The notes beneath the pieces were generated by a model. That model did not search any database, was not told where the DNA came from, and saw nothing but the letters and a program-made list of their open reading frames with translations. DNA of 63,562 nt, the filler included, from Circinaria calcarea (taxonomy: Eukaryota): NCBI GenBank assembly GCA_051942165.1. It is 16 parts of 16 records of this genome, joined end to end, with 100 filler letters (N's around TTAATTAATTAA, not from the genome) between each part and the next. Parts side by side here need not be neighbours in the genome. Positions count along the whole stretch, not along the records: positions 47,790 to 51,658 come from JAVECS010002577.1; positions 51,759 to 55,627 come from JAVECS010002578.1; positions 55,728 to 59,595 come from JAVECS010002579.1; positions 59,696 to 63,562 come from JAVECS010002580.1; 12 more parts are not named here. One strand, given 5' to 3'. This document shows positions 47,791 to 60,790 of the stretch, piece after piece. Every line of letters starts with the position of its first letter. The stretch's first letter is position 1. A program made the position numbers and the translations under genes.

Positions 47791-50652
47791 TGGGTGGGGG
47801 AGAGGCCGTTGGGGTTTGGGGCCCAGTCAATGATTGGGCTATGGCGGAGAGATGATACGGACGGGCCCGATGTAGGTTCTTGAGAAGAAAGTCAACAGAA
47901 AAGGTGTTGAGGCGGGGCTGCCGCTGACGATCATGGAATAGTACTTGGCCATAAAGGAGACCTTTCAGCGCGTTTGGGAGCACAACCGCGAATGGCCCGA
48001 AGCCCGGATCTTACGCGAGCTGACCAATGTCGGGTGCAATAACATTATCCAGCTCAAAGCTTACCGACGATTTCCGAATCAAGACAAACATAGGTTGTAT
48101 CTTGAGTACGCGCCGCACGGTAGTCTGGCTGTGTTGATTAATAGATATCGACGCTGGAGGTAACTGTCCCACAATCAAGTTGATGGATTGAGACTGATAT
48201 GTTTGATAGACGTTACCTCCCCGAACCTTTCCTGTGGCACGTATTTCACCAACTGGCAATCGCGTTGGTAGTAATGCAAAAGGGGCAACTACCAGATAGG
48301 GCAAATCCGGTTAAAGCAAAACGGCCTGAAAACATCAATCGTGGGAAACCTCTACCTTCGCCTCCAAGTACGTCCGATGAAGAGGGAGAGGATGACGAGG
48401 GAGAAGGTGAGGAGGAAAGCGAAGATGAAGAGGAAAGGGATGACGGTGATGGAGAAGACGAGGATGAAAGCGAAGATGAAGAGGAAAGGGATGGCGGTGA
48501 TGGAGAAGATGAGGATAAAAGCGAAGATGAAGAGGAAAGCGATGACGATGATGGAGAAGATGAGGGTAAAAGCGAAGATGAAGAGGAAAGCGATGAGGAG
48601 GAAAGCGAAGATGAAGAGAAAAAGGCCACCGAAAAAGGGAAGGGAAAGGCAACCAAAAAAGGAAAGGGAAAGGCCATCGAGAAAGGAAAGGAAAAGGCCA
48701 CGGAAAAAGGGAAAAAAAGTGATGTCAAAACATATGATGGTAATAAATATGATGGTTGGATATATCGACGCATACAGAAGGAATGCTCAGATCGAGGGCT
48801 TCCCGCAAGGTTGACGCGGGATAAAATGGTCGGCTATCTGCTAGAGGATGATCGCCAGCAAAAAGTTGCGCAAGGACCTGGGCCTCCACGGCAAGAAACC
48901 GATGGTAATCCTAAAAATACGAAGAAAAGTAAAAGCAAAAACCTCAAGAAACACAAGGGTAAGGGCGTCGTCCATCCAGGAGGCAACGGCACCAATAAAG
49001 GTGCAGGCAGCGGCACCGGTAAAGCTCCAAGGGGAGGCAGTGGCACAGGCAAAGCCCCTGCTGGGGGCAATGGAACCGGTAAAGCTCCTGCTAAAGGCAA
49101 GCCCGAGAAAGCCCAACCGAAAGCAAAGAATGGTGTAACACTCGAGACCATCTCGAAGGAGCTGTTCAACACTATAGACGCGGCCGTGGAGCAACTAAAA
49201 AAGGTTGACGAGACGCAAGATACAGAAACCAGGCCGGGACGTGGGGCGAGATGGCGGGAAATCGGTAAGTCAATAACAAGTCCTTGGACCATGGGCCACC
49301 AGAACGGGCTGACAGACAGCCTGCAGTACACCGAGACCTTTGCCCTCATAACAGTTTGTTGACTCTATCCTCGATCGCAGTGGTAAGCCGTTGACTTTGA
49401 GACAGTTTTCCTCGGTGATCCCGTCAAAACGTCGAGCTGGCCGGAGTATCCAACCATGAAACTGGGCGATTTCGGTGACGCAATCCGGACCTATCCTGGA
49501 GATCCGTATAACAACGGATTACAGCACTGGGCAGCCGTCAGGGAACATTACGATGCACCGGTAAGAGATCTCTGAGAGGTTCGAGGCAGGCCCCACTAAC
49601 CAACATCATAGGAGCAAAGTGCAATTCCACCGATCGAAGCACTTGGGATGAATGCCCCGGCTGAAGCTAACCCAGACGAGTGCGAGTATATCCGCCCCGA
49701 AGAAACTCTTACGGACGACCGTTTCTTGCAAGCACCACTCTCCGCGTACAGCAATGTATTCTCGCTTGGTTCGACAATGCACCGGGCAACAACGTTGGCG
49801 AGTCTTTCTTCCTCGTTTCAAAGCGGATCCTTGAGGTCGCCATACCTGGCACGGGCACCCTATTCCCGACGCCTTCTGGAGCTCATCTCACGCTGCGTAA
49901 GAGAGGATCCACATGCCCGTCCGACACCTGAGCAGCTATACCGTATCACAGGGAGCTGTCTAGCCGCATGCAGGGATTACCAAGCAAAGCTAGGGGGGAA
50001 AAATCCGTTCCGTGTCTTCTACCGTGGTGTCGAGATCAACCAGATGGAGACGGGCTTCTGGCAGCCGGAGTATATCAATAACGGCATTCCCGTGTATGAA
50101 GATCTCCAGTTCCCAGTCAAGGTTGATGGGGTCGGTATAGACCCGCCGACGGTGGAAGAGTTCTATCCTTATCAAAGTAAAAATCGTGACTTCTTTACCC
50201 GAGCAGATAATACTTATAGAAACAGTGGTTCCTCAAAAGCTAAACTGAAACCCAAAAAGGATAAAATCGACTTGGTGCCTCATGCCTATAATCGCCAATT
50301 ATGGCCCATAGTATATGGTCCATCAGCAGTTTTCTCAAAGAGAGTATTCGAAGCGAATGTCGAAAAATACGGTCACGGAGAAAAGGAGGGAAACGACGAT
50401 GATGACGACGACGATGCTATCAATTCTGATGGCGATAAGAGCAACGATGACGATGAGCGCGATAGTGGCAATAAGAATAGTATGGATAATGGAAAGGGTG
50501 GCAGCGATGAGAAGAATAGCGGTAATGGCAAAAATGAGGACGGTCAAAATGGCGAGGACGGAGAGGAGGACAATGCGGAAGAGGGAAATGGTGGGAAGAA
50601 TGGTGGAGTGGGTATCTGGAACATATTTGGGTTTCTGGCGCCGTTTGACTGA
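47791..50652 (+). CDS. Divergent NEK/NIMA-like Ser/Thr kinase with a very large insert; multi-exon, 5' truncated
   Basis: PLGFGAQSMIGLW|YLAIKE, EARIL, RLYLEYAPHGSL, LPEPFLWHVFHQL, 27-nt exon 49327-49353 VHRDLCPHN, KLGDFG, YDAP|EQ, SNVFSLG, YSRRLLELISRC..EDP..RPT; all introns are GT-AG with branch points. Confidence 0.85.
48415..48618 (+). repeat. Coding tandem repeat, 51-bp (17-aa) unit, about 3 full copies plus partial copies
   Basis: GAAAGCGAAGATGAAGAGGAAAGGGATGACGGTGATGGAGAAGACGAGGAT and variants (ESEDEEERDDGDGEDED). Confidence 0.9.
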
Positions 50653-51758
50653 TCATCAGACACGATAGACAGCTATTTTCTCAGTTTTGTTAGCTTACTC
50701 TCGTAGCTACCCGTATACTAAATCGTCCCTTTTCCGTGACCATATAGCGACTTTCTGAGGCTCGCGTGAAGTGTTGATTCTGTTGTAAGGATCCACTGGG
50801 CTGGACCTTGGAAAGTGTTCTTTCCCGAGAACGTTCAACCGCGGTGTGCAGGAATTCTTGCCGATGGAACACAGTCAGGATATGAAATCCGTACTGAAGG
50901 GGTGCTTCGTGCTAAATATAAGCTACATAGATTAGGTGCCTGATCTGTAAGGATGAGTAGCTCCACACAAGAGGTCCTCGGGGATCATACTCGGCAGTTA
51001 CGCTTGAACAGCCACCTCGATTGTTGTAACTATGTCGGATCACATCCTCTAAGTTGCATGTGCAGGTAGTTAGGTGCCACAAAGCTTCAAATATATTGAT
51101 GCCCAGTTCGAAAGACTTGATACGTATGTAACGAGGATGACGGTAATCCTCGTCCTAACAATCTCGTCTCGGCCACGATGATTGGAGAGGATGGCTTTGA
51201 ATGAGTGTCGTGTTATTATGCTTAAATCATTTCAGCTCATTATCATGCAGTCTGTCCCGGAATATGAAGTCATATCATAGCGAGAATGTACGAGGAATGG
51301 AATGAAAAGAGAACTTGGTGGAATTATAATCATCCTACCGATTACTTAACTTTTCCTGACTACTTCCACAATAGAAAGAAAATCATGTGATCTAAAAGCC
51401 TCCGTTAGATATATACCGCTGCGTCTAATGTTATCACAGTTCCTTAAACTCCGTCACTTTTCTCTCAGGATCCATCAGTACATGGATCTCCCGTTTCTTT
51501 TTTGGAGAAGATATATCATCTTTGAAAAAGCCCTCCCTGAGACCGTCCAAGTACAACTCGTAAGCTGGCATATAGCCTTGCACTTAGATCCCAGAGGCCA
51601 GCAAACGGTTAGTCCAACTCACCGCATTGAGATGATCCTGAAATGCGCCGGTATCCTTNNNNNNNNNNNNNNNNNNNNNNNNNNNNNNNNNNNNNNNNNN
51701 NNTTAATTAATTAANNNNNNNNNNNNNNNNNNNNNNNNNNNNNNNNNNNNNNNNNNNN

Positions 51759-52726
51759 TATCCAACATGAGGCCTGAGGATGCGTGGGATTTTTTAAAAG
51801 CTAAGCTTCTCATTGTCTTCGAACGGGGCGAAGAGCTTCAGATCCTAGTGGAAGACCTCAACCGACTTGTATCCGTACATATTCATAGATGCATACAGAG
51901 GAATGCGCCTACCATCCTTACTGAGGATCTCCGTGATTTGCTCCACACGGGCTTCTTGTCCCTCGAACATACCTTGAGAGGCGTTCCCGGTGATCTTCTA
52001 GTCCCTCATCTAGTGGAGATGTGGCTCTTCGTCTTTGGGACAATTCTCCCAAAAATGCAGGCCGTCTTCCTTCCGTTGGACTTAGAGTTCAAAGGTCACG
52101 GAACAATCATGACCTCCACAGAAGCTGCCGAGTTTTGGGGTGTCCCACCCGAGGACCTGGATGATCCCTTCACCAACGAGCTCGACGTTCGGAGAATCGT
52201 CCTCATTTCCTACCGCGACAACGTCATTCTGTCCATGCATGACACTCTGAAAGCCATCTTTTCCCGTCCACCATTTGAAAATATCAATGCTGTTGTCGAT
52301 GTCAGCATAGTGAATTCCGGCTTTCCCCGTCGCCCAGGTACGGCGGGTAGTCTGGACCCTGGTCTTGCAAGCTTCAACTCCCAAGGCTCAACCCTTCTGG
52401 ACGGTTCCATTAGCGATGGTGCCCGCAGCCGTGCCGTCTCCAATACGTCAGCTCCTGAATTACCATCTTTTGTTCCTCCACCGGCGCGGGTCACACTACC
52501 ACCTGATAGCGCGCAGGTGACGGAGACGGTTGGAAGGATGTTGCAGTGTCTCAGCGTCTTGGTCAGCGTGCAGACTGGAGACGATGCCCAGGCGAAGATG
52601 GAGGGCTTGGCTAAGGAACTGAAGCTGAACTGGCTCGGAAGGGGGAGGACGGGGCGAAACCGGAAGGGCTTCGTGGGAACAAGGGTTATGCCGATAAGAC
52701 ACGCGAGCGAGGTGGAGGTGCGGTGA
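51759..52726 (+). CDS. HbrB-domain protein (Bit61/PRR5-like, TORC2-associated), 5' truncated
   Basis: Motifs: AW.FLKAKLL.VFE, VEDLNRLV..H, LVEMWLFVFGTILP.MQAVFLPLDLEF, RMLQCLSVL.SVQT.D, LKLNWLGRGRTGRNR.GFVG. Confidence 0.85.
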
Positions 52727-55188
52727 ATTGGGAGGTGGACTTGCGAAGGAATAACAAGTCTGTCATGCCAACCGTGGGAGTATGATAGATGATATGAGAA
52801 GTATCAGAATCTAGGTGATGTGATGGACATCTCCACATAGTTCTAGTCTATGATGATCCCCAATAAGAATCCTCCATTCGTCCCCACCAACAAACCATGC
52901 CGCCACCGAATCCCCGCATCCCCTTCTGTCTCCCATTTCTCGGTAAAGCGTTTTTAGACCCGAAAGGTTACATCCCAGCACCAGTGGAGAACCAGTGGAG
53001 GTGTAAGAAGATCAAGGTAAGGCGGCCGGACTATCGACCATGAAACGTCGTGCAAGCGACAAAGGGGGCAGTTGGGATTGACCAATAAACGGGTGTTCAT
53101 CAGGGCGAGACGGTCGAAGAACAAAGAGCTCGTGCAACTTGTAAAAGATGGTTGCAAAAAAAAGGGGGCCGAGTATCGAAGCCGGGGTTGTGGCTCACCG
53201 TCAAGGGACAAGGTCAGAATGAGGAAGGTACGGAGAATGATGGTGGTTTTTTTCTCGTAGGATCGGCAGTCATGAGGGAATTCAGGGCTGATATATAAAT
53301 ATATCCAGCTCGCCTAGCCTTAGATTATCGATATTGTTCATCTATTAACAATCTTTCAGGTGTAAAGGGGGGAGACATCAGGCCGGAAAACCCTGTCTGT
53401 TATTGAGTTTGTTATAGTTGTAGGTGTCAGCCACTTGCGTAAGTTAACCGATGATGCGGTGATAAATTGCAAACGGATTGTCATGATGAACGATTTTAAT
53501 ATCCTATGGATGTACGAGTATCTCGAAGTAAGTCCCGTTCTCAACAATTGTCGATCCGCATCCAATAACTGCTCTGCCGAGTCAACGGAGCGCTCTGTGG
53601 TTCTCAATTGCTGCTGTCTTAAGAGATATTGGCCTTTATATTTTTCAACCTTTCTTCTGTCTCTCGACAGCTTGTGACCTCGTCTCTGTTCTGGTCAGAT
53701 TCACGCTTTCTATCTTTACAGATTATTCTAATCTGAATTATCCAAGTTTCTGACTCGTAAAGCACTGGTTGTAAATCTGTTGTTGAAATTTCTGCGCGAG
53801 AGTTGGATTAGATTGAGAGAAATTGAAGAGATTAAAGATGGAAACCGATTTGTGGGTAGAAGCCTCTATTCGGTCAAAGACATATTGATTAAACTATTTT
53901 CGATTGTGAAATGTGCGTGCAATAAACTAGACGGTGATGAAAGCAGGGCCTTACTAAATTATAATGATATATGGAGCAATATATACATGCCGCCATACAT
54001 GCTGCTCAGTAGTATTATATGTGGCGAATTTCTTCTTCACTCTGTTCGCGAGATATCCAAAGTCCTTTCGCCCGCAAGCTCACTTTAAGGCTTTGACTTA
54101 CTATCGCCATATTCTGCACGTCACCGGAAAAATGCCATATAATACCTTCGACCTCGGTGACGGGCTTGCCATGTAGGGAAGGTAGGAAAAGAGAAGGTGA
54201 TTTGGGGTGACATGGTCGATGTGCGGCGGTAATGAAATAGGAATAAAGTAAGCTTTGTGGTAGAGGGGAGAATGATAAGGCGATACTAGTACATAGTAAA
54301 TAGCTATACAGTCGTTGTAGGTTGCGAGAAGGAGATCTGGGACCGAAGAATATACAAACTTAACAAAGTGGAGGTATCAAACCGTGATTCCGAGGTTCTG
54401 GCAAACGTAAGATGGAATCTGAGAAATAGTATCCCTGAAGAGCTGATTTATTAGTCTTCCTTTCACTCGAACAAGTCAACAGACTATCCTAGACGCGAAG
54501 CTCTCGTACGGAAGGCTCGAAGAGAAATCCCTCACTTGCTTCTATCTCCCGGAAAAACGTTGCGAAGTATATATAACTAGGAGAGCTCCAGAGGTCGTGA
54601 CCACCATTAACCTGTAGTACTGACTGGGCAAGCATAACCTGCCCAACCAAAAAGTAGTTCATGCAATGCATCTGTGCAATAGTCTTTTCCGATTCATGTC
54701 GACGACTCCCGCCCGTGATTGGAGTAGGAATCCCCAATGTGCTCTGGATCTAGACTCAAGTGTCTGGAAGATTGCCAGCTGGGAGCAAACCTCCGCTCTC
54801 TGCTCTCTGAACCTGATTTGAGGGATTGAAGCGGGGAAACATGAAATCGAAACATTCTATCCTAAACGGCAAAAGAGGCAAATATCCATCACAACTGCGA
54901 TCGGAGCGTGGCTGCCTATGACGGAATTGTCAGTTCTCAAGAGACAAATGTTAGTACCTGACAAAACTAGGCCCCACCATTGAACAGAAAGTCGTGCGTA
55001 TAGTCGGAAGAAGATACATTGAATAAGGTCAAGTTGAGAAATTTTAAGAGGAAGGCTGTAGTATAGATCTTAAAGCTGCTGCATAGGCTTGTATGACAAG
55101 TGGCCCTTCCCTCTTCGCAATAAGAATACAATAATGCATAGTGCTCTATCAAGGTATACGCATCCAAACGTCGCTCTATCCCATTAGC

Positions 55189-55627
55189 CTAAATCTTTCG
55201 TAGGCGGAAGCTGTGCATCGCCGCCACAAAAGAACACACCGCCCCGATCGCTAAACAAACCGCCGTCCCACTCAATCCTTGGGTAATGACTTTTTCCGGT
55301 GTACCACCGTCACCTGGTGATAGTTCTGGGCTCTTTCCAGGCTCCAAAATCGAAAAGGCAATCATGGAAATGAAAGTGGCAAGAAATTGAGGTATCGTGG
55401 CAAAGATGTTCCAGATTCCAAGATAGACTCCAGCGGTGCCACCCGCTGCTGCGAACGAATCTTCCGTATCATCAGTAGGAAAGTTGTCTGGCGGTACTAA
55501 GGCGGGATTGAAATCAGCCGAAAGTCGAGTTAGTTCGACGTTCCCACCTTGTGAAATCCTCGAATAGGCGGCTGCGCTATTCGTGGAGTTCTCCAGCTTG
55601 TTAATCTCTTCACCCATGATCGCAAGA
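55189..55627 (-). CDS. Sucrose/alpha-glucoside:H+ symporter-like MFS (GPH family, Sut1-like), C-terminal fragment
   Basis: AIMGEEINKL...AGVYLGIWNIFATIPQFLATFIS...FSILEPGKSPEL...AVCLAIGA. Confidence 0.8.
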
Positions 55628-55727
55628 NNNNNNNNNNNNNNNNNNNNNNNNNNNNNNNNNNNNNNNNNNNNTTAATTAATTAANNNNNNNNNNNNNNNNN
55701 NNNNNNNNNNNNNNNNNNNNNNNNNNN

Positions 55728-57477
55728 TCATTCTCATCAATCATCTCCTCGATGCCCGTGTCCTCGAACCGGAGCCGGAACCGCTCGGACAGGTAGTAGC
55801 GAATATCATCCAGCAACTCGATACTATCCGTCTCCTGGCGCTTCTCGATTCTTGCGGCGCTCTCACGGATGAGGTCGGCGAATTCGGGCTGGTCGATATA
55901 GGATTCGAGGCGGTTGGCAAAGTAGCGGGCTGCGAATGATTCGAGGCGGGGCACGCGGTGGTCCCAGCCAGCGCGGAGAACTTCGTAGATGTCGATCGGG
56001 TCTGGCTCTTGGTTTTGCGGTGGGGCAGTACCGTTGGTGGTGAGGGCGGAAGAGGGTGGTTTGATGGAGCCGTTGCCGAGGGTGCTGATGACTTGGCTAG
56101 CTTTGGTCTTGAGTTTCTCAAGCAAGAGGAGATCGGCCATGAAGAGGACGTCGATGGCGATTTCGAGGGGGATGTCGGATTTTTCGGTGTATAGATATGT
56201 GAGGATCACTTCTAGGACTTCGGGAGAGCAGTCCATGTTGACTACTTGGAGGTGTGGTGTGTCTTGAGCTTCGATGAATCCGGATGTAAACATGATTTGA
56301 AAGTAATCGGAGCGGATCAGCATTGCGCGATGGACGGGGAACAGTGTTGATGTACGGTGATGATCTGGATGTGGTTCGAAGTGACGAGCTGACGGACCAA
56401 CTGGGATACCATTGGTCTCTGCGCTGTCGGTTTTAGGTATTATCGTGCCGTTGAGATGACCATCTGCTTCGATGTCCTCGGATGGTTCGTCGGCTTGTAG
56501 GAGTACGTCGGCGAATATACTATTGTCTCGATCCCACTTGACTTCGCTTGCCTTGGCAGTGTCGATGATGACCTTATGCTTCAGTACATTGTCCCGGAAC
56601 CATGCTTCAAGCTGGTCTCTACCCTTCTCCACCTCATCAGTCCGATGCTGTCGAGCGAGCCGACGGTCTTCACTCTCCAAAATGCCTTTCAACAGACTTC
56701 TAATCTCAAGCTGATTGCTGAGCTTATCAATTCCCTCCACGATGTCCTCTTCCGAAAATCCTGTGCCTGGTCCACCGCCAACATCGTTTGGGATCTCACC
56801 GAGGTACAAATGCCTGATTGCGATCTCAAAGGCCTGCGGGGGGATTTTGGCAGTCAGTTTATAGGAGGTAGTCTCAGGTGCACTGCTGAGCTTCTTCTGG
56901 AAGTATGGCGATCGCGCTGAAAGCACAAACTTGTGTAGACTGAAGGATTGGTTCGCGGATATCACGACAATGTCTGAGGTTTGCGGGTGGTCTCGGACCA
57001 GGAGGGAGGTGATGTGAGAGGCTAGCGGCTGGAGAGGGTCCGCTGACTTGGAGTAATCGTAGGAGAGTAGGAGATCGCGGATGCGGTCATTCAGCGCATT
57101 ATATAGGCAACGTTCTCCTTGGAACGTGTCGCGCTCGCAGAGAGCGCCCGACTCGAGGAGTAGCTGCACCACCTCGAAATGACCGCACAAGCTTGCCTAC
57201 GGACCATCTGTAAGTAGGGCGTCTTGACTTTGAAAGGTATTCGTTTGGTACTCACCAGGATCAGGGGCGTGTAGTCGTACTGGTCCCGGGCATTGATGTT
57301 CGCCCCCTCGGTGATGGCCTCCTGGCACGTCTTCAAATCCCCCCTTCGGCACGCCTCACAGAGACGGTGAAAAGTCTCTGTGAGGTCGAGGGGATTTTCC
57401 TCCTTCAGCCGCCCATCTTGAATGAGCTTTGTCTCTTCGTGGAGACTGGCCTCCAGCTGGTCCTTTCGTAATATCAT
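55728..57477 (-). CDS. Ankyrin-repeat and tandem BTB/POZ protein (Btb3/ABTB1-like cullin-3 adaptor); one intron; 3' truncated
   Basis: LCEACRRGD, INARDQYDYTPLIL|ASLCGH, ERDTFQGERCLYNALND.IR, LHKFVLSARSPYF, PVHRAML.RSDYF, RQETDSIEL.DDIRY. Confidence 0.9.
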
Positions 57478-58442
57478 GATATATATCGTGCTGAGTACGA
57501 TTGTCGGCGCGAAATAGGAACTGAAGCTGGAGGTATCAAAGCCATTATTATTATCCAGAGCACGCGGATTTACACAAAGTCCGAGACGCCGCAGCTGTAG
57601 GTTGCCGAGACCGTGTGTCCAATTGGCATGTCGGAGAGCGGACTCCATCTTTGAAAGATGACGTGGTAGCAGGGGTCTTGACAGAGGTGGTAAAGCGTAA
57701 TGGCCGAAAGAGGTAAAGCGCTGTGCACTGACTGGGTGAGGCGTGATGTGGATAACCGAGGTGAGGCGTAGAGGACAAGGATGGGAGGCGCGAGGACAAA
57801 AAGAGCAAAGCGTGATGAGGCCAACAGTGGAGTAGGCGTAGAACACAGCGTTAGGCGTGAATTCGGGATTCGGAACTTGTTGTCTAGCAACCGCGGATTT
57901 ATTTATTTCGATAAACAAACGAGTCCGGAATTTTGGATAGAATAGTTCAGGTCACAGCACTTCGCCAGCTTTGGTTACAGCAGAGAGCAACAATACCCAC
58001 ACAGCTAATTGCTGTCGTGTGCGATAGTCAAAACCCTCTACTTACTTCCATACCGCTCCTGCTTTATTTCTAGCCGGATTCGCGTTGAGATTCCCCCTTC
58101 CCTACAGACCTTCTTTGGCTAGATAGCAGATTACGGCTCGCAAATTCACGTTCCCTACGACAAAACGGCTATTGAAACTGGAGATATTGGCGGCATTACT
58201 CTTTGGCTCCTGGCCAAACATCTGTATCCTGAAATTACGCCATCGCACCCTCGACTATCACAGCTTAGCGACCGCCAACGAAAAAACATTCGAGGACAGT
58301 TCAGCGGATTTCCCTTTCTAGGGTTACATTGAAAGATCGCTCCGCGCAATTAGCAACCACTGCCTGACGCCCACGTATTCGTCCAGAGTGTAACTCCTTA
58401 CATTTTATCGATTGGCTCTTCAGATCAGCAATCGCTACAGAT

Positions 58443-59595
58443 ATGGCAGCCTCTACAGAGTCAGAGAAGGAAAAGTATGATACGGTCGAGACGATTGGTA
58501 TATATTCATTGCCTTCAGAGAGTTATGATACGTGATAACTAATCATAACATAGGCAAAGGTTCTTTTGGAATCATCCATAAAGTCAAGAGGAAATCTGAT
58601 AATCAGGTATGGACTACCTTCCTGTCGTATAGGTTTCGAGATTGACCAATAGTAGATTTTCTGTCGAAAAGAGATCAACTACATAAAGATGTCGCAAAAG
58701 GAACGAGAACAGCTGCACGCTGAATTCTCTATCCTCAGCTCTTTACGCCATCCAAACATTGTGGCCTATCTACATCGGGAACATATAAAAACGTCACAAG
58801 AGCTTCACATTTACATGGAGTATTGCGGAGGTGGAGACTTGGGCAAGGTTATCAAGAATCTACAGGCCAAGAACCAATATGCAGAGGAGGAATATGTGTG
58901 GAGCATCTTCTCTCAACTCGTCACGGCCTTATACCGGTGTCACTATGGTGTTGACCCTCCAGAAGTTGGAAAGAACGTCATGGGCCCAACTAACAACACC
59001 AAACCCTCTGGATTACGAAGTAAGAGTCAGATCATGATTTTGCACCGAGACCTGAAACCCGAGAACGGTATGTACCAAGCTTCCCAATACAGTTCAGACA
59101 TCTACTGACAGTTGTAGTATTCCTTGGTGAGGACAACTCCGTCAAATTAGGAGATTTTGGGCTTTCAAAGTTGATGCAATCCCATGATTTTGCATCCACT
59201 TATGTCGGCACACCATTTTACATGTCTCCCGAGATATGTGCAGCCGAACGATATACTCTACACTCGGATATTTGGTCTCTAGGATGTATCATGTACGAGC
59301 TTTGTGCCAGACATCCTCCATTCAATGCCAAAACACACTTTCATCTGGTACAGAAGATTAAAGAAGGTAGAGTGGACCCGCTACCGAGGATGTACTCAGC
59401 CGAACTGCGAGACGTAATCATGAGCTGTCTCAAAACAAATCCATTGAATCGACCAGACACGGCGAGTCTCCTTCAACTACCAGTAGTAAGGTTAATGAGG
59501 AAGGAGAGAGAGGTTGTTGAGTTTGGGAAGGTATTGAAATTGAAGGAGGAGCAGGCTTCGGCCGCGGAACTCGAGATGAAAGCAAGGATAGCGAA
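58443..59595 (+). CDS. nimA: G2-specific protein kinase NimA, multi-exon, 3' truncated
   Basis: IG|KGSFGII.KV.RK.D, CRKEINY.KMSQKEREQLHAEF.ILSSLRHPNIV, LYRCHYGVDPP, ILHRDLKPEN, HDFASTYVGTPFYMSPEIC. Confidence 0.96.
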
Positions 59596-59695
59596 NNNNN
59601 NNNNNNNNNNNNNNNNNNNNNNNNNNNNNNNNNNNNNNNTTAATTAATTAANNNNNNNNNNNNNNNNNNNNNNNNNNNNNNNNNNNNNNNNNNNN

Positions 59696-59777
59696 ATTTA
59701 ATTTATTTAATTTATTTAATTTATTTAATTTATTTAATTTATTTAATTTATTTAATTTATTTAATTTATTTAATTTA
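59696..59777. repeat. Minisatellite (ATTTAATTT)n, about 9 copies
   Basis: Directly visible at the contig start; similar units recur at ~59935-59965. Confidence 0.9.
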
Positions 59778-60224
59778 GTTGAAAGGAGGCTAGATCATAG
59801 GTGTAGAACCCGCAGGGGGCGGAGCCGGAATAAAACTAGCGTAGTGGCAGCTGTATATAGTCTGCCAGTACACTTCCATAGCAATATAAATCGACCAGAA
59901 ATCTTTCCACTGCCCACATACCGTTGATAATTCAATTAATTTATTTAATTTATTTAATTTATTTAAGCTTATTTTATTTAAGCTTATTTTATTTAAATTA
60001 ATTTTAAAACCAGAATAAAAATACTATAAAATTTTAATTCGGTTCGGAAAATCTCCCGCCGAAATTATACCCTTCCACTTTATTTTATTTCGTTTTAAAA
60101 TATTTTATATTATTTTTTTATTTAAACCTAATTTTAATATAATTATAAGAAAAACTAGGCGTTTCCCTCCCTCGCTGGCGCTCATTCGGGAGGTAGGCTT
60201 CGCTACCGCGTGGTATTATATTAA

Positions 60225-60790
60225 ATCCCCAGCTTTAATTACTCTTTCAATTTTCAACGAAATCTCAATAATAGAAGCTCAGATTGCAGTGTTGAATAAG
60301 CGCTTTCGAATACCGTTTTATTTGCTCAATTCGGTAGAGGAAATAAAATCATATTTCACTGCGAACATGACGGTGGAAAACATGATATACGTGCTTCTAC
60401 TTTGCGAATACTACGCAAATACTACGTGAAATCCCCACCTTTGATTATTCCATCGATTTTTAATAGAATTGCGTGCATAGAAGCTCATATTAATTTGCAG
60501 AATGAGCACTTTCGAATGCCGTTTCATTTGCTGAAATCGGTTGGGGAAACAAAATCATATTTCACTGCGAAAATGAAGGTGGAGAACATGGTATGCGTGC
60601 TTCCACCATGGGAATACTACGCGAAAACGACGTGGAATCCCCAGCTTTAATTTCTCTATCAATTTTCAACGAAAACCCGTGCATAGAAGCTCATATTAAT
60701 ACGCTGAATAAGCGCTTTCCACCGCCGTTTCATTTTCTAAAATCAGTAGGGTAGAAAAAATCATATTCAACTGCGAAAATTATAGTGTGT
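60225..60790. repeat. Diverged tandem repeat, 206-bp period, about 2.7 copies
   Basis: ATCCCCA(G/C)CTTT anchors at 60225, 60431 and 60637; shared blocks ATAGAAGCTCA, AAAATCATATT and CTGCGAA. Confidence 0.88.

Noticed and set aside
48246..48814. Long alternative-frame and antisense ORFs (poly-Ser, His/Leu-rich, Met/Lys-rich)
   Set aside because: Shadows of the acidic coding repeat in the kinase. The same applies to antisense ORFs over 21608-22931, 37215-38012 and 40770-41508.
53340..54180. Possible degenerate gene relics here and at 51290-51658 and 41450-42130
   Set aside because: Only short frames with many stops and no identifiable motif.
57480..57918. 147-codon upstream extension of the ankyrin-BTB ORF
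   Set aside because: It starts at a TTG, shows no recognisable conservation and reads like 5' UTR or promoter. The conserved protein begins at ATG 57477.
3898..59695. TTAATTAATTAA motif recurring every ~3.97 kb, resembling a regular array
   Set aside because: It is embedded in N runs, gives six-frame stops and separates size-sorted contigs, so it is a concatenation artefact. No gene-neighbourhood inference across spacers is valid.
60225..60790. Repeat array as CRISPR-like
   Set aside because: Whole 206-bp units are homologous with no unique spacers, the context is eukaryotic and there are no cas genes.
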